From a candidate division FCPU426 bacterium (GTDB lineage: Bacteria; Oederibacteriota; Muellerivitia; Muellerivitales; Muellerivitaceae): DNA of 64,000 nt. The stretch lies in NCBI GenBank assembly GCA_963719085.1, contig CAVRAL010000001.1:960001-1024000 (forward strand), written 5' to 3'. Position 1 is the first letter of the stretch, and each line of letters starts with the position of its first letter. The notes beneath the pieces are model-generated. The model was not told the origin of the DNA and ran no database searches. It was given only the letters and a program-made list of their open reading frames with translations. Of this stretch, positions 53,042 to 61,545 are shown in pieces. The position numbers and the translations under genes were made by a program.

Positions 53042-54067
53042 CTACTTAGGCTGATAAATCTGGTCAAACACCCCGCCATCACCGAAGAAAGCCGGTTGGG
53101 CTTTGCTCCAGCCGCCGAACACCTTGTTGATGGTGAAAAGGTTGATCTTCGGGAAAGTTTTGGCGTATTCCGCCGCCACTTTCTTGTCCCTCGGCCGGTA
53201 GTAATTCCGAGCGACCACTTCCTGGCCTTCGGGCGAGTACAAATAGGTCAAGTAGGCTTGCGCCAAGTCGGTTGTGCCGTGCTTCTGGGTATTTTGATCC
53301 ACCCAGGCCACCGGCGGCTCGGCCAAAATGCTGACCGAAGGGACCACGATCTCAAACTTGTCCTTGCCCAATTCATTGACCGCGAGAAACGCGTCGTTTT
53401 CCCAGGCGATTTCCACGTCCCCCACGCCCCGTTCCACGAAAGTCGTGGTCGATCCGCGCGCGCCCGAATCCAAGACCGGCACATTCTTGTAAAGCTTGGT
53501 CACGAATTCCCGCGCCTTGTCCTCGCTGCCGTATTTTTTCAAGGCGTAACCCCAGGCCGCCAAAAAGTTCCAGCGGGCCCCCCCGGAAGTCTTCGGGTTC
53601 GGCGTAATCACCGAAACATCCGGCCGGACCAAGTCATCCCAGTCGCGGATGTTTTTGGGGTTGCCCTTGCGCACCAACAACACGATGGTGGACGTATAAG
53701 GCGTGCTGTGCTGGGGCAAACGGCTTTGCCAGCTGTCCGGCAAAAGCTGGGCCTTGCTGGCGATGGCGTCGATATCCCCCGCCAGGGCCAATGTCACCAC
53801 GTCGGCTTCCAAACCGTCGATGACCGCCCGGGCTTGCTTGCCCGATCCTCCGTTGGACAAGTCAATCGTCACATCCTGTCCGGTCTTCTTTTTCCAATAA
53901 TCGGCGAAGACCTTGTCGTAATCAGCGTAAAGCTCACGCGTCGGGTCATACGACACATTCAGCAAATGCGCCGCGCCCGCCGGGGCGCCATCCGCCCGGA
54001 CAACCGAGACGGAAGTCGCGGTCAGCGCGAAACTTAAGATTCCCGCTATCCATTTTTTCTTATTCAT
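53042..54067 (-). CDS. sbp: Sulfate-binding periplasmic protein
   Basis: [43 protein letters not shown]. Confidence 0.95.
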   Translation of the reverse strand: MNKKKWIAGILSFALTATSVSVVRADGAPAGAAHLLNVSYDPTRELYADYDKVFADYWKKKTGQDVTIDLSNGGSGKQARAVIDGLEADVVTLALAGDIDAIASKAQLLPDSWQSRLPQHSTPYTSTIVLLVRKGNPKNIRDWDDLVRPDVSVITPNPKTSGGARWNFLAAWGYALKKYGSEDKAREFVTKLYKNVPVLDSGARGSTTTFVERGVGDVEIAWENDAFLAVNELGKDKFEIVVPSVSILAEPPVAWVDQNTQKHGTTDLAQAYLTYLYSPEGQEVVARNYYRPRDKKVAAEYAKTFPKINLFTINKVFGGWSKAQPAFFGDGGVFDQIYQPK

Positions 54068-54141
54068 TTTTCTCTCCTTGAGAATGTTCGGCCAATTAGA
54101 TCCTTCCGGAAGCCCTCGGGGCTCCCGGAAGAAATCCCGAA

Positions 54142-55455
54142 TTAAAGGTTGATTTCAGCCTGTCCGATAACCGCCTGGTATTGCTTGAAATGGTCCTCGA
54201 CATTGAGCGAGAGCTTAAAGCGGTCCTTGGCTTGGTACCAATCAATGCCGGCGGTCGCCACATCGTTGTTCCAATGGGCGGGTCCGTTATAGACGTTGGC
54301 GATATAAGACTCGCCACGCACCCCGAAACGCACGTCGCCGATCCGGTACTGCGCCGTCAAGTAATAACCTTGGGGCCAAGATTCCTTCGTGGTGCTCGGA
54401 TTGTAGTAGTTGCCCGGTTCCAGCTTGCCCTGGATATATTCTCCTTGCAGTTTGAATCCGTTGTAAACCCAGCGAAGCTCAAACCCCGTGTTGCTGCGTT
54501 CCCCGGCTGGGGCGTAAACCGTGCTGGTTTTGCCCGCGGCGGAAGTGACCGAAAACAAAGCGTCCTGTTCCCAGCCGCCGTAGAAAGACAATCCGGTCCA
54601 GAGGCCGGTCGCGCCCAATCCGGTCCAATCCACGCCGCCCCGGAAAGCCGCGTCCTTGTTGTCATTGCTATCGGCGATATTTTGCCCCGCGCCCGAAACC
54701 AAGGCCAAGGCGTAATCCACCGCCACCGGTCCAACCGGAATCTTGGAAGCCGAAGCCTGCAAAGCCAAATCGCGCCGGGCTTCGAAGGCCGTCGTCACGA
54801 GGGCCGTGTTGATGAAGTCCAATTCACCCGAGGGTGTACGGCCTTCCAAGGCTTGGGCGTATTTATACTGTCCAAACTGAAGGTCCGCGAAGGGGATATA
54901 GGACGCCTTCACGTAGTAATCCTTCAATTGTTCCCCGTTGGAAACACCCGGCTTCGAGACCGCCGCCGCCGTCACCGGCGTGGCGAACGGACTCGTAAAG
55001 GAAGGACTCACCGCCGCAGTGGCGGCCGCCGGGTCATACTTCACTTGGTACGAAAGCTGTCCCGGGATGAGATCCCCGAAAAGGCCGATTTCCACCCGCT
55101 TGACCGAAAATTGGTCGTAAATGTCGTTGAATCCGGCGGCGGCCGGCGCCACCGGCGCCTTAATCCCGGGAGCCACCGTGCCGAACTGGCTGGCATTGGT
55201 GTATTGACCCTGGACCAAAAGGCTCACCTTGGCGTACTTGGCCAAGTCCGAAATTTTCTTGTTGATGAGCTCCAGGTCCGAAACCGAAATGGCCGACGGA
55301 TCATCGGCGTCCGCCGCGTCCTGAGAATCGGTCACATCGGACGTGGTGGCGGCGGTCGTATCCGTGGCCGGCGCCTTATCCTTGGCCCAAACCTTGGCGT
55401 TGCCAAAAGACAGGGACGTCAGCAAAACCAAAAAAGCAGCTAAAAACCGTTTCAT
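54142..55455 (-). CDS. Outer-membrane porin, OprO/OprP-like
   Basis: Signal peptide, beta-rich; F.VKRV.I.L.G, LKDYYV, GQYK, RDL, DSNDNKD..FR. Confidence 0.7.
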   Translation of the reverse strand: MKRFLAAFLVLLTSLSFGNAKVWAKDKAPATDTTAATTSDVTDSQDAADADDPSAISVSDLELINKKISDLAKYAKVSLLVQGQYTNASQFGTVAPGIKAPVAPAAAGFNDIYDQFSVKRVEIGLFGDLIPGQLSYQVKYDPAAATAAVSPSFTSPFATPVTAAAVSKPGVSNGEQLKDYYVKASYIPFADLQFGQYKYAQALEGRTPSGELDFINTALVTTAFEARRDLALQASASKIPVGPVAVDYALALVSGAGQNIADSNDNKDAAFRGGVDWTGLGATGLWTGLSFYGGWEQDALFSVTSAAGKTSTVYAPAGERSNTGFELRWVYNGFKLQGEYIQGKLEPGNYYNPSTTKESWPQGYYLTAQYRIGDVRFGVRGESYIANVYNGPAHWNNDVATAGIDWYQAKDRFKLSLNVEDHFKQYQAVIGQAEINL

Positions 55456-55521
55456 GATCTACCCCTTTAAATATAAATTTGTCCTCATTTAACGGCGCGG
55501 ACTTTCGCCGAAAAGGGACCC

Positions 55522-55757
55522 AAACAAAAAATCCCGGGTCCCGCTGGCTTCAGCGGACTCGGGATTAGGAAAAATTCCATAATCACTAAGACCGCTTTAG
55601 CGCCCAGTTCGCCTTTGCAGGCACGGTCGGGGCAAGTTGGTGGCGGATACGGACAAAGTCCGCAACCGCCCCGGGTGTGGTCCCATTCTTTCCGGGTCCA
55701 CGGGTATTCCGTATCTTTTTGGGATTCGGAATAACGCCGGTTAAAGCCTCACCGTTT
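55522..55757 (-). promoter_or_regulatory. SAM-II-like riboswitch candidate plus terminator (third of three, about 100-nt insertion)
   Basis: ACGGTGAGG-CTTTAA-[insert]-CCAACTTGC-CCCGACCGT-hairpin-GGGCGCTAAAGCGG; terminator 55522-55566. Confidence 0.72.
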
Positions 55758-55790
55758 CATCGATTGTTCAGAGGGGATTTTTGTTGGATG

Positions 55791-55988
55791 AAAACAAAAA
55801 TCCCGAACCACTTGGCTTAGAGCGGTTCGGGATTCGGGAAATTCTCGAATTCTTCACCGCTTTAGCCCCCAGTTTTTTTCGACCCCAATGACGGGCCAAA
55901 AACGGTCGGGGCAAGTTGGTCAATCCTCTTTCAAGGACCGTTGGAAAAGCCTTGTTCAGACTTTTCGCCAATTAAAGCCACACCGCTT
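55791..55988 (-). promoter_or_regulatory. SAM-II-like riboswitch candidate plus terminator (second of three)
   Basis: AAGCGGTGTGG-CTTTAA-[two hairpins]-CCAACTTGC-CCCGACCGTTT-hairpin-GGGGGCTAAAGCGG; terminator 55791-55834. Confidence 0.72.
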
Positions 55989-56012
55989 GAAGCGAATGAC
56001 AAATCCAGGGTT

Positions 56013-56145
56013 AAAACAAAAAACCCGGGCCGCTTTAAAAGCGGTCCGGGTTTAGGGATTTCTCTCTAAATCGTCATTTCCGCTTTAGCTCGCTGTTCGG
56101 CTCTTTCGAGCCACGCCGGAGCAAGTTGAAACTTAAAGCCCGCGC
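56013..56145 (-). promoter_or_regulatory. SAM-II-like riboswitch candidate plus terminator (first of three, compact)
   Basis: GCGCGGG-CTTTAAG-TTTCAACTTGC-TCCGGCGT-GAAA hairpin-GCGAGCTAAAGCGG; terminator 56013-56053. Confidence 0.75.
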
Positions 56146-56156
56146 TTGATGTTGGA

Positions 56157-56185
56157 AATATAGCTCGCCACCGATTTCCTGTCAA
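56157..56185 (-). promoter_or_regulatory. Sigma70-type promoter for the triple-riboswitch/sulfate operon
   Basis: TTGACA-N17-TATATT with an AT-rich upstream tract. Confidence 0.75.
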
Positions 56186-56202
56186 CCGAAATTATTTTTT
56201 TA

Positions 56203-56370
56203 TTATCCACCTACCGTTAAATCAAATCGCTTCTTTTTCAATCGGTTCAGGTGTCCCTCAAGCAGCTTTCGAATCCTCGAAAGTTCTTTCACCCATCGAA
56301 GCAGTGTCTCGCGGGAGAAGCCGCGATCCGATTTTCTTCCCAGCCGTTTAAAATTTTTCCTTTTCGGCAT
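56203..56370 (-). CDS. Possible small basic protein (55 aa)
   Basis: ATG after GGGAGAAG just downstream of the desulfurase; no recognisable motif. Confidence 0.25.
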   Translation of the reverse strand: MPKRKNFKRLGRKSDRGFSRETLLRWVKELSRIRKLLEGHLNRLKKKRFDLTVGG

Positions 56371-56401
56371 CTGGCTTCTCCCGACATCCGTATCCAAAAA
56401 A

Positions 56402-58324
56402 TCACCGAGCCGACGGAACCCTTCCCCCCACCAACCGACAAAGAGCGGACTCCAAGGCGTCCAAATCCTCGAAGGTGTTATAAAAGGCCAACGAAGCCCG
56501 AACGGTTCCCTCCAGCCCAAAACGACGCAGGATTGGCTGGGCGCAATGGTGCCCTGACCTGACCGCGATCCCTTCCTTATCCAACGCCTGTCCAATCTCC
56601 TCGTTCTTAAACCCATCGATCACAAACGATAGCACCCCGGCCTTTTCCGCGGCGTTGCCAATAATCCGCAATCCCGGGATGGCCTTTAGCTTTTGAGTCC
56701 CATAAACCAGCAGTTCATGCTCATGACGGGCCACATTCTCCAGCCCGACCCGATCCAGATAATCGAGCGCCGCGCCCAAACCCACCGCGTCGGCGATATT
56801 GCCGGTCCCGGCCTCAAATCGTCCGGGAGCAGGCTGGTAAAGGGTCTTCTCGAAAGTCACATCGGCGATCATGTTTCCCCCTCCCTGCCAGGGCTGGAAG
56901 GAATTTAAAAGAGCTTCCTTGCCGTGCAAAACCCCGATTCCCGTCGGCCCAAAAACCTTGTGACCCGAAAAAACATAAAAATCACTATCCAGCTCCGCCA
57001 CATTCACCCGGAGATGGGAAACCGCCTGGGCCCCATCCACCAATATTTTCGCACCATGGCGGTGGGCGATTTCAATCAACTGCTTCACCGGCGTCAACGT
57101 TCCCAAGGCGTTGGAAACTTGCGTCACCGAAACCAACTTCGTCTTGTCCGTTAAAAGTTTCTCGTACTCGTCGAGTAGGACCTGTCCCGAATCATCCACA
57201 GGAATGACCCGCAGTTTCGCGCCCTTGGCGGAGGCGAGATGCTGCCATGGAACGATATTGGCGTGGTGTTCGAGCCAGCTGACGATAATCTCGTCGCCCG
57301 CCCCGATGTTCTGCTCTCCCCAGGCCTTGGCCACCAGATTGATGGCCTCGGTGGCGCCCCGAACGAAAACAATTTCTTTCGCCGAAGAAGCCCCCAAAAA
57401 TCGCCGCGCTTTTTCTCGGGCCCCCTCGTAAGCGTCCGTAGCCCGGGCGGCCAGGGTATGGGCGGCGCGGTGAACGTTGGAATTCTCGTTGGCGTAAAAA
57501 TAATCCAACCGGTCAATGACGGTTTGGGGTTTTTGCGTGGTGGCCGCGTTGTCCAACCAAACCAAGGGCTTCCCGTTGATCTTCTGCCGCAGGATGGGAA
57601 AATCTTTTTTATACCAGGCCGCGTCAAAGACCGGACGCGGACCGCCCGAACTCAGGGGAGCCACCACTGGCGTAAAAGCATAAGGATCCGCCAAGACGGC
57701 CCCCGGTTCATTTCCGCCCTCCAAAAGAACCGATCCCGGCACGCCGCTCGTTCCCGCCGAAAAAATTTCAGAGGATGGCTGGGTCGACGCGGGGACGCTG
57801 TTTATCTGATCGGACACTTTGGATGGCGCCTCAGCCGGGGACTTCGCTTTTGGATTTTCCTCAAGTTTCAAATCCTCGGGAAAAACCGCCGGAAATGAAA
57901 AAGCCCTGCCATCCGTTCCGATCGGCAGCGCGGAACCGGAAAAAGGGTTCACCGTTTCCGAATGGGAACTGGGGGCGGAAAAAAAAGCCGACAACCCTAA
58001 ACCCGCCGGAATCCCGGCCAAAACCCCCGAGTCCAAGGGTTCGGTCAACAGTCCGGCCGGCGATGAAATCGGCGTGAAGGGCTGGAACGAGGCCAAACTG
58101 CCGGTGGGTCCTCCCGGAACCGGTGAGGGCGCCGCGATGGCCGGTGAAGGGCTTGAAACCACCGAGGGCAACGGCGGCTGCCCCGACAAAACAGAGCCCG
58201 CGGACGGCGTCGCCGGATGTCCCGGAACGGCCCTGAAAAACTCGTTGGCCAACTCGGTCAACAAGGCCGGATCCGGAGCCAAGGTCCCCCAAGAGGATTC
58301 AGGATTGGGGTTACTTGTAGTCAT
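56402..58324 (-). CDS. Family 2A encapsulin cargo cysteine desulfurase (SufS-like) with disordered N-terminal extension
   Basis: About 230 aa Pro/Ser/Gly-rich N-terminus with LTELANEFF; WLDNAATTQKP, EHHANIVPW, FSGHK, RSGHHCAQP. Confidence 0.93.
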   Translation of the reverse strand: MTTSNPNPESSWGTLAPDPALLTELANEFFRAVPGHPATPSAGSVLSGQPPLPSVVSSPSPAIAAPSPVPGGPTGSLASFQPFTPISSPAGLLTEPLDSGVLAGIPAGLGLSAFFSAPSSHSETVNPFSGSALPIGTDGRAFSFPAVFPEDLKLEENPKAKSPAEAPSKVSDQINSVPASTQPSSEIFSAGTSGVPGSVLLEGGNEPGAVLADPYAFTPVVAPLSSGGPRPVFDAAWYKKDFPILRQKINGKPLVWLDNAATTQKPQTVIDRLDYFYANENSNVHRAAHTLAARATDAYEGAREKARRFLGASSAKEIVFVRGATEAINLVAKAWGEQNIGAGDEIIVSWLEHHANIVPWQHLASAKGAKLRVIPVDDSGQVLLDEYEKLLTDKTKLVSVTQVSNALGTLTPVKQLIEIAHRHGAKILVDGAQAVSHLRVNVAELDSDFYVFSGHKVFGPTGIGVLHGKEALLNSFQPWQGGGNMIADVTFEKTLYQPAPGRFEAGTGNIADAVGLGAALDYLDRVGLENVARHEHELLVYGTQKLKAIPGLRIIGNAAEKAGVLSFVIDGFKNEEIGQALDKEGIAVRSGHHCAQPILRRFGLEGTVRASLAFYNTFEDLDALESALCRLVGGRVPSAR

Positions 58325-59234
58325 AGTATTGCGCCACATCGACGTCCTCGAGCACCGCCACCGCGTCATCGGTCAAAACAGCCAAGGAGCAGTAGAGGGA
58401 AATCAAATAAGACGCGATCGCTTTGCTGTCGATGCCCATGAACCGCACGGACAAACTGGGGCTGACTTCCCCCGGCAGTCCGGGCTGAAAAAGACCGATG
58501 ACCCCCTGTTTTTTCTCCCCGGTTCGGATGAGGAGAATATTCGTCTTGTTCTTTTCGTCGATCTTGACCTTATCGCTCGACACGATCGGGATTCCGCGCC
58601 AAGTCAAAAAGGGCGATCCAAACAAAGTCGTCGTCGGAGGCGGAACACCCCGGCGGGTGCATTCCCGCCCAAAGGCCGCCACGGCTTTGGGGTGGGCCAA
58701 AAAGAAAGAAGGCTCTTTCCAGACCTTCGTGATCAATTCGTCTAAATCGTCAGGCGTTGGGCGGCCCTGGCGGGTCTTGATCTTTTGCGAATCCAAGGCC
58801 GAATGGATCAGGCCGTATTCCTTGTTGTTGATCAACTCGCCTTCCTGGCGTTCCTTAACCCGTTCGATCAAAAGCCGCAATTGCTCCTGTATCTGGTCGA
58901 TCGGCTTGCTGTAAAGGTCGGAAACGCGGGTCTGCACATGCAGGACCGAGGTCACCGCGTTCAACCATAATTCTTTCGGGAACTCGTCGTAATTGACGAA
59001 GGTCTGGGGCAAATCGGCGTCTCCCCGCGGGCTGCATTCCACATCCGGTCCGTTGCTTTTATCTTTTACTTTATTCAGCCGGAAAATCCCCGATTCCACC
59101 GGCACCCATTGAAGAAATGGCACCAGCCACCGCGGCGTGATCCCCTCCCATTGGGCGTGTGTCTTCGTGACATTCGCCAACTGCGTGGCCGCGTTTTCTC
59201 CCAGCGTTCTGCGCACTTCTATTGATTCCGCCAT
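58311..59234 (-). CDS. Family 2A encapsulin shell protein (SrpI-like)
   Basis: AATQLANVTKT, ITPRWL...WVPVESG, LPQTFV.Y, RVSDLYS.P.DQI.EQLRL, PTPDDLDEL, FGRECTRRGVPP. Confidence 0.93.
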   Translation of the reverse strand: MAESIEVRRTLGENAATQLANVTKTHAQWEGITPRWLVPFLQWVPVESGIFRLNKVKDKSNGPDVECSPRGDADLPQTFVNYDEFPKELWLNAVTSVLHVQTRVSDLYSKPIDQIQEQLRLLIERVKERQEGELINNKEYGLIHSALDSQKIKTRQGRPTPDDLDELITKVWKEPSFFLAHPKAVAAFGRECTRRGVPPPTTTLFGSPFLTWRGIPIVSSDKVKIDEKNKTNILLIRTGEKKQGVIGLFQPGLPGEVSPSLSVRFMGIDSKAIASYLISLYCSLAVLTDDAVAVLEDVDVAQYYDYK

Positions 59235-59290
59235 GACCGCCTCCCTGAATGAAATAGTTCGTCCACTACCGGCTCAACGTTTCATAAGAC

Positions 59291-59551
59291 TCAAAAACCG
59301 CTCCGACCGGCGCTTGGAAGATGGGTCGTGGTTTTAGCCCTGTTGACGGACCAATCCAATTCCGACTTCCCGGCCTTCCTGAAGCCATTCCTGAAATAGG
59401 CCCGCCAAACAATCCCCAGGCTTCCCAAAAACAGAATGGGACCGCTTTTAAAGCTCGAGGCCAAAAACCAAAGGGTCAGTCGCTTGGAAGCGACCAAGTC
59501 CCGCTCAATTTCCCGCCTCCACAAAATCAATTGCTTCGTTTCTGAATTCAT
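59291..59551 (-). CDS. Possible small protein (86 aa) with one hydrophobic stretch
   Basis: GGGAGG RBS then ATG directly after the riboswitch terminator; first ORF of the encapsulin transcript. Confidence 0.4.
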   Translation of the reverse strand: MNSETKQLILWRREIERDLVASKRLTLWFLASSFKSGPILFLGSLGIVWRAYFRNGFRKAGKSELDWSVNRAKTTTHLPSAGRSGF

Positions 59552-59572
59552 CTTTTCCTCCCGCGGCGGGAT

Positions 59573-59708
59573 AAAAAAAAATCCCAAACCGCCTGATACT
59601 CGCGGTTTGGGATTAGGGGAAAAACCCGATAATCTTCTTTCCGCTTTAGCGCCCTGTTGACCCCTCGCGGGGCACGGCCGGGGCAATTAGGTCAACAAAG
59701 CCTCGCCG
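59573..59708 (-). promoter_or_regulatory. SAM-II-like riboswitch candidate plus terminator (second of two)
   Basis: CGGCGAGG-CTTTGTT-GACCTAATTGC-CCCGGCCG-GCGA hairpin-GGGCGCTAAAGCGG; terminator 59573-59614. Confidence 0.7.
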
Positions 59709-59767
59709 GTATCCCGATTCTTGTGAAATCGGGAAAAAAGCATTGAATTTAAGGGTTTTTTGCCCAT

Positions 59768-59898
59768 AAACAAAAAACCCGGGCCGCTTTAAAAGCGGTC
59801 CGGGTTTAGGGATTTCTCTCTAACACGATCTTCGCCGCTTTAGCTCGCTGTTCGACCCGAAGGTCACGCCGGAGCAAGTTGGAACTTAAAGCCCGCGT
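59768..59898 (-). promoter_or_regulatory. SAM-II-like riboswitch candidate plus terminator (first of two, compact)
   Basis: ACGCGGG-CTTTAAG-TTCCAACTTGC-TCCGGCGT-UUCG hairpin-GCGAGCTAAAGCGG; terminator 59772-59807. Confidence 0.75.
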
Positions 59899-59911
59899 TT
59901 GAATCTTTTAA

Positions 59912-59939
59912 ATCCTACCACTCCCTTTCGGCATGTCAA
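59912..59939 (-). promoter_or_regulatory. Sigma70-type promoter for the encapsulin operon
   Basis: TTGACA-N16-TAGGAT with a TG extension and an AT-rich upstream tract. Confidence 0.65.
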
Positions 59940-60121
59940 CCGGAATTTTATTTTTATTTGATAATCTCTCCCGGCGAAGACAAGATGCTTTTTTCCGCGG
60001 TCCATAGACAAACGCCATTCCAAAATAAAAAACCGAGACTCCTGTAAATACAATGAAGTCCCGGTTTTCCAATTGCCTCGGCCATAGTTATTCGACGGAG
60101 GCCTATAGAATTTTAACCTGA

Positions 60122-61522
60122 TTAAAACAGCCAAAACCTTTTGTGACTGGAAGCCTTCAGCTTGTTCGAGTCCAATTCTTCCACCGGATTTTCCGAATGG
60201 GGCGTCCCGGCGGGAACCCAGTCATAAGGAACAGGCTGGGCCCGATAAACCCAGTTCACAATGATCCCCTGCCCGCTTTGGTCCCAACCATCATGGGCTT
60301 GGTTAACGTAGGGGTTGACATATTCCCAGACGATCTCCCCAGTCGGAGTCACTTGGAAAAACCGTCCATCCCGTCCCTCGTCGATCAGCGTATTACCATT
60401 GGGAAGCCTGCGGGCGCTGCTGATGAAATGGCTCTGGAAAGACCAAATGGGCCGACCGGAGTTCTCGCCCGTGTACTGCCAAACGATCTGCTTGGTCACC
60501 GGATTAATTTCCAAAACCCGGGATCCGCCAATCAAAGAAACCGGCGGCCATCCCGCGCTGCCCTGGTTGTCGAACACCAACAGGTCACCCGCGCCCGGCA
60601 AGCCTTCGGGAATGATATGGGCGTCATGTTGGCCGGAGATCTGGTCCACGGGCCGCGGCACTTTGGATCCCTTAACCGGCGGATAATCCGGTCCTTGGCG
60701 CCAAACGACCTTGCCTGTGTGCCGATCGATGATCACGATGAAATTAGCGTTGCGGGAATCAAGAAGGATATTATCCGGATTGAAGCGCTTGTCTCCCGCG
60801 TCAAACCAATGGTTCGGACCCACTACGTTGAACTTATTAATGGTCAAGAAGCCGCTGCCTTTTTGCGGCGCGTTGTCCCCTTGGTGAATTTGTTTTTTCA
60901 GGTAGGCGATCCCCGCCGGTGAAATGCCAAACTCGCTTAAGTGGTCTCCCGCCACCCATTTCCAGACGATTTTACCGTCCGGCGTCACTTCATAAATGGC
61001 TTGGTCGGCGATGTCTTGGTCGCCCAATTCCTTGATTTTGTGGACCACGGTGACATCCAGCAGCGTATTGCCGTTGGGCAGTCGGTGCCAGTCATGGTTC
61101 TGGCGGGCCGCCCCGCCCGGCGCTTGTTCGCCCCACTCCCAAACGGTTTTTCCGTCCCAGTCCAATTCCCCAACGGTTTTATTGTGGAAAATCCCGCCCC
61201 AAGTATCTTTGCCGTCCGAAGAAAGTTGGACCAGCACATGACCCAGCTTTCCGCCGGTGATTTTGGGATCCAGCAATTCACTGGGAAAACCCCAATGGTT
61301 CCATCGGTGGACCTCATTTCCATCCAAGTCAATCAGATGGGTATTTCCATCCGGGGCCCCGAAGAGTACATAGCTGTTATAGGCTTTGGCCGGATCGTAG
61401 ATCGTGGTTCCCGTCAGGTAAACCCGGGGTGCCGCCGACAATTCCCCCGTTCCGATGGCGGTCAAAAGAACGGCCGCCGGCAATATCAGATTCTTTTTTG
61501 AAAAAAATTGACACAGTCTCAT
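60122..61522 (-). CDS. Exported arylsulfotransferase (ASST)-like beta-propeller protein, distal paralog
   Basis: Signal peptide; QNHDW.RLPNGNTL, GQHDAH, LVFDN, SARRLPNGNTLI.EG, WEY.NP. Confidence 0.8.
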   Translation of the reverse strand: MRLCQFFSKKNLILPAAVLLTAIGTGELSAAPRVYLTGTTIYDPAKAYNSYVLFGAPDGNTHLIDLDGNEVHRWNHWGFPSELLDPKITGGKLGHVLVQLSSDGKDTWGGIFHNKTVGELDWDGKTVWEWGEQAPGGAARQNHDWHRLPNGNTLLDVTVVHKIKELGDQDIADQAIYEVTPDGKIVWKWVAGDHLSEFGISPAGIAYLKKQIHQGDNAPQKGSGFLTINKFNVVGPNHWFDAGDKRFNPDNILLDSRNANFIVIIDRHTGKVVWRQGPDYPPVKGSKVPRPVDQISGQHDAHIIPEGLPGAGDLLVFDNQGSAGWPPVSLIGGSRVLEINPVTKQIVWQYTGENSGRPIWSFQSHFISSARRLPNGNTLIDEGRDGRFFQVTPTGEIVWEYVNPYVNQAHDGWDQSGQGIIVNWVYRAQPVPYDWVPAGTPHSENPVEELDSNKLKASSHKRFWLF

Positions 61523-61545
61523 TTTCTTATCCTTTTCTTAAAATT

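Noticed and set aside
54104..54132. Hairpin between the porin gene and sbp
   Set aside because: No U-tract on the sense strand; at most an mRNA stability element.
53009..55443. Long plus-strand ORFs (53009-54037, 54181-55443; likewise 61429-62661, 6998-7933, 57819-58745)
   Set aside because: Antisense shadows of well-supported minus-strand genes in GC-rich sequence; no motifs.
55768..55971. 67-aa ORF, and the N-terminal part of ORF 59291-59686, as leader peptides
   Set aside because: They run through aptamer and terminator sequence, lack an RBS and have no Cys/Met-rich tract.
58311..59234. Prophage capsid gene
   Set aside because: Motifs and the coupled desulfurase identify an encapsulin; no terminase, portal, tail or integrase genes nearby.
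55522..59898. The five repeated leader units as a CRISPR array, T-boxes or simple REP repeats
   Set aside because: No constant repeat-spacer period, no cas genes and no T-box 14-mer; conservation is structural and tied to terminators upstream of sulfur genes.
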